Assembly (NCBI GenBank): GCA_965208575.1 | Contig: CBDBOV010000006.1 | Span: 64,001 to 128,000 of the forward strand | Reading direction: 5' to 3' | DNA length: 64,000 nt | Source: Spirochaetia bacterium | GTDB taxonomy: Bacteria; Spirochaetota; Spirochaetia; SZUA-6; Bin103 | Part shown: in pieces, positions 9,587 to 19,007 of the stretch | Layout of the letters: each line of letters opens with the position of its first letter | Position numbering within the stretch: the stretch's first letter is position 1 | Made by a program: the position numbers and the translations under genes | The notes under the pieces: model-generated | What the model was told of the DNA's origin: nothing | What the model saw: the letters and a program-made list of their open reading frames with translations, nothing else | The model's database searches: none

Positions 9587-11014
9587 ATGTATCAACAGAC
9601 CTTTTCAGCGGAGACGTTTGCCGGGCGGCGGCGGCGGGTGGCGGAACAGATTGGGGCTGGGGCCGTGGCGGTCGTTCAGGGAGCGCGCGGTTCGGGGTCG
9701 CATGACCAGTTTCGGCAGAGCAACGAGTTGTTCTACCTGTGCGGGGTGGAGGTGCCGCATGCCTACCTCTTGATCGAAGGCGGCGACGGCACGGCGGCGC
9801 TGTTTCTGCCGCACCAGGATCGGCACAGCGTGGAGGCGGAGGGCGAGCACCTGTCGGCGGACAACGCGGAGCGGGCGCGGGAGCTTACCGGCGTGGATCG
9901 GGTGGCGGCGCTCGCGGCGCTGCCGGCGGCGCTGCGCGGGGCGAAGGCGATATGGACGCCGCTGTCGCCGGCGGAGGGGGCGCGCTCCAGTTGGGACACG
10001 CTGCGGCGGGCGCAGGAGGAGGCGGAGGCCGACCCGTTCGATGGCACCCCGGCGCGGGAGGCGGCGTTTGCCGGCCTGCTGCGGCGGCGTTGCCCGGCGG
10101 CGCGCATCGAGGACCTGTCGCCGGTGCTGGACGAGATGCGGCTGGTCAAGGACGAACAGGAGGTGGCGGTGCTGCGGGAGGCGGGGGCAATCTGCGCGGA
10201 TGCGTTGACCGCCTGCATGCGCGCCATGGCGCCGGGAGTGATGGAGTATCAGCTCGCCGGTGTGCTGGAGTACCACTACCGGGTCAGCGGTTCGCGCGGC
10301 GCCTCCTATCACCCGATCATCGCCGGCGGCACCAACGCCTGGTACGGGCACTACGATGCCAATGACGCGCCCCTCGCCGACGGCGACCTGGTGCTGGTGG
10401 ACTGTGCGCCCGACCATCACTACTACACCTCCGACATCACCCGCATGTGGCCGGTGAACGGCGTCTACAGCGACACCCAGCGCGCCCTGTACGGCTTCAT
10501 GATCGCCTACCACAAGGCACTGCTGGCGGGCATCCGTCCGGGCCGCACCGACGACGACATTCACCGCGAGGCGGCTCAGGTGATGGCCGCCTACCTGGAG
10601 CGGACGCCGTTCGCCGACCCCGTGCACGAGCGGGCGGCGCGCAGCGCCCTGGAGTTCCCGCACCACCTGTCTCACCCGGTCGGCATGGCGGTGCACGACG
10701 TCAGCCACTACCGCGGCCAGCCGCTGCGGCCCGGCATCGTGTTCTCGGTGGACCCGCAGATGCGCATTCCGGAGGAGCGGCTCTACCTGCGGGTGGAGGA
10801 CACGGTAGTGGTCACCGACGACGGCTGCGAGAACCTCACCGCGGCCGCACCGCTGGAGATGGACGATGTCGAAGCCACCATGCGCGAACCGGGGATCATC
10901 CGGCGGAGGGACGAACGGGTCTTGGGCAGTATGCGTGACCGCACGAAAGTCGTCGGCGACATAGTCTCACCGGCATCGGATCCATCGGACTGGGAGGTGC
11001 TGCGCCCGACATGA
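9587..11014 (+). CDS. pepP: Xaa-Pro aminopeptidase (M24)
   Basis: AMP_N-like FRQSNELFYLCG; metal ligands in VDC..SDITR, HPVGMAVHD and RVED. Confidence 0.88.
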   Translation: MYQQTFSAETFAGRRRRVAEQIGAGAVAVVQGARGSGSHDQFRQSNELFYLCGVEVPHAYLLIEGGDGTAALFLPHQDRHSVEAEGEHLSADNAERARELTGVDRVAALAALPAALRGAKAIWTPLSPAEGARSSWDTLRRAQEEAEADPFDGTPAREAAFAGLLRRRCPAARIEDLSPVLDEMRLVKDEQEVAVLREAGAICADALTACMRAMAPGVMEYQLAGVLEYHYRVSGSRGASYHPIIAGGTNAWYGHYDANDAPLADGDLVLVDCAPDHHYYTSDITRMWPVNGVYSDTQRALYGFMIAYHKALLAGIRPGRTDDDIHREAAQVMAAYLERTPFADPVHERAARSALEFPHHLSHPVGMAVHDVSHYRGQPLRPGIVFSVDPQMRIPEERLYLRVEDTVVVTDDGCENLTAAAPLEMDDVEATMREPGIIRRRDERVLGSMRDRTKVVGDIVSPASDPSDWEVLRPT

Positions 11015-11035
11015 ACTGCTCAGGCGCGACCCGCG

Positions 11036-11111
11036 CACTCGCCTGATCCGAAGACGCTACGGTTCGTCGGGCCAGCGGTAGTAGGCGGTGGTGCCGCCCA
11101 TGGCGTCGACG
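11036..11111. repeat. Direct repeat copy A: sulfatase 3' end plus downstream bases
   Basis: 69/76 identical to 13424-13499 by manual alignment. Confidence 0.9.
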
Positions 11112-11232
11112 AGTCGTCGAAGCCGTCCCCTCACGCTACAAGGGGATCACTGGACATCACGGGACGACAGCGGCGCCCCCGCCTTGGTCGTCAGGACGGG
11201 TACCCGCCGCACCCCCAGCGCTTACGCGGGCT

Positions 11233-13038
11233 TCACTCGGACGTCACGGCGTCGCAGTATGCCAGCTCCCAGCCGTGGAACACGACCGCCAGCCCCGTGA
11301 ACCGCACGCCCGGAAACTGGCGCGGCAGCCGCTCGTCCGCCAGGTACCGCTTGAGCTGTGCCGTAGCCTCGCCCACCGCCGCCGCCACGACCGGCTCCGC
11401 CGGCTCGCCGCGCTGAAGGCTCTCGGAGCGCTGAAGTCGCCCACGGCGACTAAGGTACTTCAACTCGATCAGGTAGCCGCGTCGCAGGTGTGGATAGCGC
11501 GCCAGCAGCGGCTCCAGGCTGATGTCGGCGTATCCCTTTCCCAACTCCGCCTCGGACCGGAACACGAAGTAGTCGGCCAAGCTCAGATACGCCGCCAGGA
11601 ACCCCTGCAACACCTTCTCCCCCGCGATGTAGTCGCGAACTCCGGTCTGCTGCGCGATCGCCTCGCCCAGGAACTCGAACACCGGCCGCCACTCGCCCTC
11701 GTTCGCCATCCGCATCAGCAACTGCTCCAGCCGGAACAGGTTGAGCGAAAACACCTCGACATCCCGGTAGCCGTCGCGCAGGTACCCGTACAGCAGCCGC
11801 TTCACGGTCTGGTTGGGAATCGCCAGCCGCGGTGCTCCCTGCACCACCTCGCGGATGCTCAGCAGTCCGAAGTAGTGCAGCAGGGACAGGAAGTTCTCCG
11901 CGTCGGTGAGCCGCTCCTGCGGAAAGCCCGACCGAATGCGGAGGACGTCGATCTTTCCCGTGCCGATGATGCTCCGCAGCAGGTCGAAGTTGCCGTTGAG
12001 TTGCCGGCCCACGACCAACAGATGGCGCAGCTTGCCGTAGTCTATGCGCACGTTGGTGTCGATCAGATCGTCCGGCACCGGCCGGTTGGGGATCGATTCG
12101 TCAAGGAAATACAGCACCATGTCGCTGTTGTAGAGATCGACGCCGGCGCTGACGGCGAACCGGTAGCCGTTGTACCACTCCGCCATCAGCGCCATGGCGG
12201 TGTCCACGTCCTGATCGAACGCGCCATGGTCCCGGTAGGCTTCGACCAGACGCCGCACCTCCGCCGCGGTGAATCCGACCATCTCGTGGAAGTCGGCGTG
12301 CAGGCTGATGTTCTTGCCGATGTTGAATCCGCTGGTCACGTCGTCCATGGTGACCGGCGACACGCCGGTGATGAACAGGCGATCGATGCCGCCGCCGCTG
12401 CGTGCGGTACCAGCCTTCAGGGTGGCGAAGAAGTTGCGGTAGAAGCCTCCGCCGTGGGTGAGAGATTCGTACGCCTGCGCGCCGTGATGTGCCAGTACGG
12501 TGTTGGCGAAGTTGTCGTACTCGTCGATCAGCACGTACAGCGGGATGTCGTGGTCGCCGGCGTACAGGAACAGCTCGGCTAACTTGGTGGAGATGGAGGG
12601 AGGCGCGAGCAGGCGCTGCAGCGCCGCCTCGGGAAACAGGTCGGGATGTCGCTCCAGCGCGTGGCGCAACTCTATGTGACAATAGGCCTCGAACTCCCGC
12701 TCCAGCGTCTCGAGCTTGTCGTTGACCGCCGAGAAGTCGAAGCGCAGGACCACGTAGCGGTGATGCTCCGCGGTCGGGTTGCGCCCGATGTCGGTGCCGG
12801 CGAACACGGCGTCGAACTCGTGACCCCACCAGCGGTCGTAGTAGTTCTCCAGCAGCGAGACCCACAGCGACTTGCCGAAACGGCGCGGGCGGATCAGGAA
12901 GGCGTAACGCTCCCGCTCCAGCCGGCGCAGGTAGCGGGTCTTGTCGACGTACAGCCATCGGTTCAGGCGGATGCGCCTGAAGTCTGACTCGCCGTAGGGA
13001 ATACGCGGGTACGCGGTCGTCTCCAGCACGGACATCAC
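11233..13038 (-). CDS. AAA-ATPase-like protein with C-terminal PD-(D/E)XK nuclease domain
   Basis: PYGESDF, YVDKT, RPRRFGKS, LIDEYD; GYADI...LIELKY. Confidence 0.92.
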   Translation of the reverse strand: MMSVLETTAYPRIPYGESDFRRIRLNRWLYVDKTRYLRRLERERYAFLIRPRRFGKSLWVSLLENYYDRWWGHEFDAVFAGTDIGRNPTAEHHRYVVLRFDFSAVNDKLETLEREFEAYCHIELRHALERHPDLFPEAALQRLLAPPSISTKLAELFLYAGDHDIPLYVLIDEYDNFANTVLAHHGAQAYESLTHGGGFYRNFFATLKAGTARSGGGIDRLFITGVSPVTMDDVTSGFNIGKNISLHADFHEMVGFTAAEVRRLVEAYRDHGAFDQDVDTAMALMAEWYNGYRFAVSAGVDLYNSDMVLYFLDESIPNRPVPDDLIDTNVRIDYGKLRHLLVVGRQLNGNFDLLRSIIGTGKIDVLRIRSGFPQERLTDAENFLSLLHYFGLLSIREVVQGAPRLAIPNQTVKRLLYGYLRDGYRDVEVFSLNLFRLEQLLMRMANEGEWRPVFEFLGEAIAQQTGVRDYIAGEKVLQGFLAAYLSLADYFVFRSEAELGKGYADISLEPLLARYPHLRRGYLIELKYLSRRGRLQRSESLQRGEPAEPVVAAAVGEATAQLKRYLADERLPRQFPGVRFTGLAVVFHGWELAYCDAVTSE

Positions 13039-13346
13039 TCGATGAGCAGGCGGTAGCGTCCGACCGTCGTCAGCAGGAATCCTTCGATGCGCACGTAATA
13101 GGTGCCGGCCGGCAACCGCGCCGAGAAGCCGAAATTCCGGCCCGGCCCGCTGTCGTCGTCGACGTCCAGCGCCCTGCCCAAGCGGTTTTCCAGAAGCCCC
13201 ACCGTGTCGGTGCCGCCGGTCGAGTACACGGTCACCCGCGTGTAGTCCCGGTCTACCACGAACTTGAAGTAGTCCACGTCATCCGCCGTAAGGAACCCGG
13301 AGAGCGGAGCGCGTGGAAGAGATGCGGAGACGCCTCCCTGTGTCAT
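13035..13346 (-). CDS. Single pre-peptidase C-terminal (PPC)-like domain, probably a gene remnant
   Basis: DDVDYFKF...DDDSGPGRNF...LPAGTYYVRI. Confidence 0.6.
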   Translation of the reverse strand: MTQGGVSASLPRAPLSGFLTADDVDYFKFVVDRDYTRVTVYSTGGTDTVGLLENRLGRALDVDDDSGPGRNFGFSARLPAGTYYVRIEGFLLTTVGRYRLLIE

Positions 13347-13423
13347 TGCCCTAACCCTACCTGCCGCTCCGGCCCACCGCAACGCTGTTTGCGAGAGCAA
13401 CGTGGCAGACCGCGCGCGCCGCT

Positions 13424-13499
13424 CACTCGCCTGGTCCGAAGAGGCTATGGTTCGTCGGGCCAGCGGTAGTAGGCGGTGGAGCCGTTTATGGCGTCGACG
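13424..13499. repeat. Direct repeat copy B (within the intact sulfatase 3' end)
   Basis: Matches 11036-11111. Confidence 0.9.
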
Positions 13500-15343
13500 G
13501 CGCGCTCCATCGGGAAGCGGTACTGGACGTCGTGCAGGCTGCCGCTCAGCGCGTCGATGGCGCGGCGCAACGGCTCCAGGGCCGGCCTGAGGTGCGGGGC
13601 CGCGGACGGGGGCTGCGAGTCGAGCACGTTGGCGGCGCGGCCCCTCGTGACCGGCAGCGGGTGTTCGAGCGCGGCGATCAGGGTGGGCAGGGCGGCGCCG
13701 TAGCGGCGCAGGCGGAACAGGCCGTCGGCGGCGGCGATCCGCACGCTCACCGCGGGGTCTTCGAGCGCGGCCGTGAACGCGTCCACGACCGCCTGGTCGG
13801 CGCAGCGCAGGATGACCAGGCCGGTTACCGCCCAGAAACGGATCGCCGAGTCGGGGTCGGCCAGCCGGCGCAGCAGCTCGGCGCGCTGCCCTACCCCGCG
13901 CCGGCTCAGGTCGGCGGTGTCCAGGATCTGCTCGTAGTTGCCGCACTGCCGGCCGACCCGCCACAGCGGGCCGCCGGCGGCGCGCTCGTGCAGCTCCGGC
14001 TCGTCGATCAGGCCCAGGTCGCGGTGCTCGATCATCCAGTCGTAGAGCTGGCCGCGCATCTCGTCGGCCACCGCGGCGTGCTCGCCGGCGGGCACCAGGT
14101 CGTCCACGAACCACGGGTCGGAGGCGCCGTCGTAGAGTTCCTCGCACGGCTTGCGCTGCGCCGCGATCTGGCGCTGCGGGCCGACCAGCTTGCCGGCGCG
14201 CGCCAGGCGGTCCCAGGCGTGGACGTAGCCGGACCAGTAGATCGAGGTCTCGTACGGGAAGTAGGGCAGGTGCGGGAAGAAGTTGCGCTGGTAGCGAAAG
14301 CGGCGGCCGCGTAGCGAGCGGATCAGCTCGAAGCGGGTGTCGAGGCGGTCGCGGCCGGTCACCACGTGCGGGCGGTGGGCGGCGCCGGCGCACAGGACGG
14401 GCCGGCTGTGCATGTAGTCCGGCACCGGCAGGCCGGTCATGGTCAGCGTGGAGGCGGCCAGGTCCATGGTGGTGACCGGCTCATCCACCACGCTTCCCGG
14501 GGCAGCCGGGGCCAGGTGCTGCCAGCGCGGCGGGAAGCGCACCATCAGCGGCACGTGGTCGCCCTGCTCCCAACCCCAGTGCTTGGCGCGCAGCATGCCG
14601 GTGCCGTGGTCCGCCCAGAACACCACGATGGTGTCGTCCCACACGCCGTCCTCTTTCAACTCCGCGACATGACGCCCGACGTGGTAGTCGATCTGGGTTA
14701 TCGCGTCGTAGTAGTCCGCCCACGCCTTCCGGATCTCGGGGATGTCGGGGTGGAAGGGCGGCAGCGGCGCCTGGTCGGGATCGTGGAAGTCCTCCGGCTG
14801 CAGCAGCGTCAGGCGCTCGGCGCGGATCGTCTCGATCGGCTCCTTCCGGTCCCAGGTCACGGACGAATGGCACTCGGTGTAATTGAACACCGAGAAGAAC
14901 GGCTGATCGGGGCTGCGCTGCCGCCAGTGCGCGCTGCCGCTCCAGGCGTTCCACGCCTCCGCCATGATCGGGGTTTCCGCTTCGGTCCGTGGGTTGCCGG
15001 TGCCGGCCAGGTTGTAGTCGGTCTTGACGCAGTTGGAGGTAAAGTAGCCGGCGTCGCGCAGGTACGCCGGCAGCAGGCGCAGGTGCGCGGGTGCGGCTAC
15101 CCGGGAGCGGTGGTGATGGGTGCCGAGCGCGAACGACGCCACCCCGGTGATGATGGCGGCACGGGACACCGAGCACACCGGGGCCATGGAGTGCGCGTTG
15201 GTGTAGCGGATGCTCCCGGCGGCGAGCGCGTCGAGGTTGGGGGTCCGGGCGTAGCGGTCGCCGTAGCAGCCGAGCAGCGGATTGATGTCCTCCACCGACA
15301 CCCACAGGATGTTGGGCACGCCGGCGGTACGCGGTTCGCTCAT
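13445..15343 (-). CDS. Sulfatase with C-terminal HEAT-like repeats
   Basis: PNILW..ED, PVCSVSRAAIITG (formylglycine motif), ADHG; DPDSAIRFWA and DPAVSVRIAAA repeats. Confidence 0.92.
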   Translation of the reverse strand: MSEPRTAGVPNILWVSVEDINPLLGCYGDRYARTPNLDALAAGSIRYTNAHSMAPVCSVSRAAIITGVASFALGTHHHRSRVAAPAHLRLLPAYLRDAGYFTSNCVKTDYNLAGTGNPRTEAETPIMAEAWNAWSGSAHWRQRSPDQPFFSVFNYTECHSSVTWDRKEPIETIRAERLTLLQPEDFHDPDQAPLPPFHPDIPEIRKAWADYYDAITQIDYHVGRHVAELKEDGVWDDTIVVFWADHGTGMLRAKHWGWEQGDHVPLMVRFPPRWQHLAPAAPGSVVDEPVTTMDLAASTLTMTGLPVPDYMHSRPVLCAGAAHRPHVVTGRDRLDTRFELIRSLRGRRFRYQRNFFPHLPYFPYETSIYWSGYVHAWDRLARAGKLVGPQRQIAAQRKPCEELYDGASDPWFVDDLVPAGEHAAVADEMRGQLYDWMIEHRDLGLIDEPELHERAAGGPLWRVGRQCGNYEQILDTADLSRRGVGQRAELLRRLADPDSAIRFWAVTGLVILRCADQAVVDAFTAALEDPAVSVRIAAADGLFRLRRYGAALPTLIAALEHPLPVTRGRAANVLDSQPPSAAPHLRPALEPLRRAIDALSGSLHDVQYRFPMERAVDAINGSTAYYRWPDEP

Positions 15344-15367
15344 GGGAGGCGGGTCGAAAGCCGGCCG

Positions 15368-16396
15368 TCAGGCCTCGGTCGCCGGGTGCGCAGCAGCCCG
15401 GTCGCCGAGCGCGGCGAACATCCGCCGCGAGCCGGTGAACGTGGCCCGTCCGTGCGCGATGAGCATATTGTCGAGGATGATCACCTCGCCGCGCCCGAGC
15501 GCGTAGGGCACCTCCAGGTCGCATACCAGCTTGAACCACGTCCGGCACTCCTCCGCGGAGATGGTGGTGCCGTCTTCCATGATCATGCGGTTGAGGCTCT
15601 CCGGATCGGTAGCCATCGTCCTGGCCAATCGCTCGGCTTCCTCGGTTCTGCCATCCCGCTCCGCCATCAGGCGCCACGACTCGGGCTGAAAGCCCATGGC
15701 CTGCGTACACCACAATTCGCCGTGGACCGGGTGCGGCCGGAAGAAGCGCGCCGGCTCCTGGGTGATCTCCAGGTAGTCGTCGTCGGTCCAGGCCAGCTCC
15801 CAGCCGCGCTGCCGCGCGACATTCCTCGCCTCCCGGCGGTCTGCGGTGCCGAGCGACTCCTGCCAGCTCTTGCGATCCTTGTACGCCCCGGCGCTGTTGC
15901 CCTCCGGCGGCAGCCTGCGGCGCAGGCGGGCACGCTTGCCGCGGAACCGCCGCTCGAAGTGCTCGGGCAACTCCTCCGTGAACGCCCGCATGTCGCCGAT
16001 CAGGTTGGTCTTCTGGCCGTGCCCGGCCGGCTGCTGGCAGAAGAACGCGACGTAGTCCGGCACGTCGTCGAGATACGCCATCTCCTGGTGCAGCAGGATG
16101 CCGCGCTGCGGAGGCAGGTCGGTGGCCGAGTACACCCCGGCGGCGTACTCGGTGCGCGGCGTGGTGCCGCCGACGTAGGAGTGCGGGCGGAAGTCGATCG
16201 CCTGCAGGAACGCGGCAAACTCGTGCGGCGTGCCGAGGCCGGTGTCCCGAACGAGCAGCGCGCCCTCGGTGTCCACCAGCCGGAAGATCTCCGCGGCCAT
16301 TCGGCCTGCGGGCGACGGACTTCCGTTTGCGGTCAGGCAAATGCGGGCGCACGGCACCGAGAACCCGTCGGCGAGATGTTCCCTCTCGTACTTCAT
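15368..16396 (-). CDS. TauD/TfdA (SyrP-like) Fe(II)/2-oxoglutarate dioxygenase
   Basis: LHQEMAY facial-triad motif and DNMLIAHGR. Confidence 0.88.
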   Translation of the reverse strand: MKYEREHLADGFSVPCARICLTANGSPSPAGRMAAEIFRLVDTEGALLVRDTGLGTPHEFAAFLQAIDFRPHSYVGGTTPRTEYAAGVYSATDLPPQRGILLHQEMAYLDDVPDYVAFFCQQPAGHGQKTNLIGDMRAFTEELPEHFERRFRGKRARLRRRLPPEGNSAGAYKDRKSWQESLGTADRREARNVARQRGWELAWTDDDYLEITQEPARFFRPHPVHGELWCTQAMGFQPESWRLMAERDGRTEEAERLARTMATDPESLNRMIMEDGTTISAEECRTWFKLVCDLEVPYALGRGEVIILDNMLIAHGRATFTGSRRMFAALGDRAAAHPATEA

Positions 16397-16575
16397 TACC
16401 CTGCCACTGTATACCGATGGCGCCGATGGCGCCACCCGGCGCCGGGCAGCGCCGTTATCCACCTTTTCGTGCCCCGATCCGCCGGTCGCGCGAACGCCGG
16501 GGCCGCCGGACGCTGTTGACGCGTGTTCGAGGCGCGCCAATACTGAATCATCCACAGATTCCCAAGGAGGATCAG

Positions 16576-17910
16576 ATGAATCGACTACGCATCGTACCGA
16601 TCATCGCCGTGTTGTTGTCCGCAATGGTCGCGGGCAGCGTGTTCGCCGCCGCCGACGGTGAGGGCGCCGCCGACGAGGAGCGCGGACCGATCGAGATGAC
16701 CTACCTGCGCTTCGGCGGTCCCGACGACATCACCCAGGACGAAGCGCTGATCGCGCGCTGGGAGGAGCGCAACCCCGGCGACACCATCGAACCGCTGATC
16801 GCGCCGTTCCCGCAGTGGAAGGAGAAGCTGGACACGATGGTCGCGGGCGGGCAGTCGCCCGACATCATCTTCGGCTGGCCGACGCCGTTCGCCAACCTGT
16901 GGGCCAACGAGCGCATCATCTCCCTGAACGAGTTGGTGCAGGGCGACGTCGACTTCAACATCGAGGACTACCCGCAGCACAAGCAATTCATCTTCGACGG
17001 CCAGCTCACCGGCATCCCCTACAACGCCACCGCCCACATCCTGGTCTACAACAAGACCATGTTCGAGGAGGCGGGGCTGGAGACACCGATCGAGATGTAC
17101 AACCGCGGCGCCTGGACCTGGTCCAACGCCATCGAGGCGGCCAAGGCGCTGACCGTCGACGAGGACGGCGACGGCGTGCCCGACCAGTACGGCATGGTGA
17201 ACATGGGCGACAACCCGGTGCCGATCATGACCGCCGTGTGGGCCCACGGCGGACGGCTGTTCAACGAGGACTTCAACGAGATCACCTTCGACACCCCCCA
17301 GGTGCACGATGCCCTGCAGTTGCTGGTCGATCTGGTGCGCGTGCACGAGGTGGCGCCGCCGCCGGAGATGCAGGCGAGCGAGATCGGCATCTCCTTCAAC
17401 TCCGGCAAGGTGGCGATCGGTCGGCAGAGTGCCGCCACCATCATGCTGCGCCACATCCGCTGGGAAGAGCCGTGGGAGTGGGACATCGTGCCATTCCCGG
17501 CCGGCCCCAATGGCTTCGCCGCGTGGGCGGACGGCAACAGCCTCGGCATCTCGGTCGGCGTGCCCGACAAGCTGCTGGCGTGGGACTTCGTCACCTCGAT
17601 GGTGGACGAAGAGTCGTGGCAGGTGCGCTTCGACCTGGGCCTGCCGTTCCGGTTGCCGCCCAACATCAAGGTGATCAACTCGTCCACCTTCCGCGACCTG
17701 TGGAGCTACGTGGACGTCGACATGATCATGGACGTGATGCTCGGCGAGAAGGCGCTCACCCCGCTGGTACCGCGCCAGGCGGACGCGTTCCGGATCGCCT
17801 ACAACGTGATGGACACCGAGGTAGAGAACGCGGTGCGCGGCGACATAACGGTCGAAGAAGCGATCGACGCCACCGTCAAGCAGGCCAACGACATCCTGGC
17901 CGGCTTCTAA
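16576..17910 (+). CDS. Carbohydrate ABC transporter substrate-binding protein
   Basis: AAGGAGG RBS, signal peptide, PDI, GIPY..LVYNKTMFEEAG, WTW. Confidence 0.9.
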   Translation: MNRLRIVPIIAVLLSAMVAGSVFAAADGEGAADEERGPIEMTYLRFGGPDDITQDEALIARWEERNPGDTIEPLIAPFPQWKEKLDTMVAGGQSPDIIFGWPTPFANLWANERIISLNELVQGDVDFNIEDYPQHKQFIFDGQLTGIPYNATAHILVYNKTMFEEAGLETPIEMYNRGAWTWSNAIEAAKALTVDEDGDGVPDQYGMVNMGDNPVPIMTAVWAHGGRLFNEDFNEITFDTPQVHDALQLLVDLVRVHEVAPPPEMQASEIGISFNSGKVAIGRQSAATIMLRHIRWEEPWEWDIVPFPAGPNGFAAWADGNSLGISVGVPDKLLAWDFVTSMVDEESWQVRFDLGLPFRLPPNIKVINSSTFRDLWSYVDVDMIMDVMLGEKALTPLVPRQADAFRIAYNVMDTEVENAVRGDITVEEAIDATVKQANDILAGF

Positions 17911-17930
17911 TCCGGCTCAGCTCCCCAAAC

Positions 17931-17961
17931 GCGCTGCCCCGGCGTTCAGCCGGGGCAGCGC
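17931..17961. terminator. 13-bp perfect GC hairpin between convergent genes
   Basis: GCGCTGCCCCGGC-GTTCA-GCCGGGGCAGCGC. Confidence 0.6.
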
Positions 17962-17983
17962 CGCTACGGAGTCGCAACCGCTT

Positions 17984-18394
17984 TTACTCGGGGCGGTAAC
18001 CCAATCCCCAGACTCGCAGAAGGTCGCGGGCACCTTGTTCGAAATCATGGGTGAAGTCGATAATCTGATAGCTCGCCAACGTCCAAGAGAGAGCCCCATA
18101 GTTGCAGGACTCAAACATCAGCGGCACGATTCTGTCACCGAGATGGTCCTGCTGCAGAGCGAAGATAAGTTCCCGCTTGACCCAGGCCGAGTTGACCGCT
18201 CCCGGCGACAGCACAAGCACGAACCAGTCGCACCGGCGCAACGCTGACCCGATCTCATCATGCCACAGCTGCGCTCCAACGATGTCGGTGCGGCTATACC
18301 ATACTGGGAGTCCGTGACGCCGTAGGGTCTCCGCCAGCCGCACGACGAATGTCCGGTCTCGATCCGAGTGGGAGAGAAATATCTCGTGCGGCAA
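17984..18394 (-). CDS. Stand-alone TIR domain protein 2
   Basis: IFLSHS..D, VW, FVLVLSPGAVNSAWVKRE with catalytic Glu; TTG start uncertain. Confidence 0.85.
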   Translation of the reverse strand: MPHEIFLSHSDRDRTFVVRLAETLRRHGLPVWYSRTDIVGAQLWHDEIGSALRRCDWFVLVLSPGAVNSAWVKRELIFALQQDHLGDRIVPLMFESCNYGALSWTLASYQIIDFTHDFEQGARDLLRVWGLGYRPE

Positions 18395-18426
18395 TGCTTG
18401 ATTGGGTTGAGAGCAGCTCGTGCCTG

Positions 18427-18849
18427 TCAGGCGACTTGCAGAAGAGTCCGGGCGACTTCCCTGATTCCCTCTTCTTCGTTCTCGTGTTGAGTCAGATCGA
18501 CCATCTTCTGATGGCGAAGAATCCAGGGAACGCTCTCGGTATTCAGGATGTTCGGATCTCCCGCAACGACCGGTATCAGACGGCTGCGAAAACGCACTTC
18601 GCCAAGTGCATACGCTATATTCCAACGCATCTCCCGACGCACCCACTCGGATCGGACCGCATCCGGTGTCAGGAGTATGACCATGGCCTCGGACTCACGC
18701 AACGCGTTACTCACTTCCTGTGCCCAATTATCGCCAGGCAGGATCTCGCGCGACGCATCCCATACCTCTAGACCCGCTTGCTCAAGAATTGCAGCAATCT
18801 TGTGGGCGAGCCGCTGATCAGAATGTGTGTGGCTGATAAATACCTTCAC
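18427..18849 (-). CDS. Stand-alone TIR domain protein 1
   Basis: KVFISHT..D, VWD..EILPGDNW, ILLTPDAVRSEWVRRE; GTG start. Confidence 0.85.
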   Translation of the reverse strand: MKVFISHTHSDQRLAHKIAAILEQAGLEVWDASREILPGDNWAQEVSNALRESEAMVILLTPDAVRSEWVRREMRWNIAYALGEVRFRSRLIPVVAGDPNILNTESVPWILRHQKMVDLTQHENEEEGIREVARTLLQVA

Positions 18850-19007
18850 AGTACACCTACCGCTCGTGTAGCTTCGACAATACCATACTTCCAACCGGGC
18901 GAAGAGCCGGCCAAGAGGCAATCGCGTGCGGAGAAGACCCTGCAACTCCAGATTACCTCGCCGAGTGGCCGGCAGGCAACTGTGGAGAGGACCGTCCCCG
19001 TGTGCCC

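Noticed and set aside
17984-18849. Calling the TIR pair a Thoeris system
   Set aside because: No SIR2/SLOG, Macro or other ThsA-type effector in the window.
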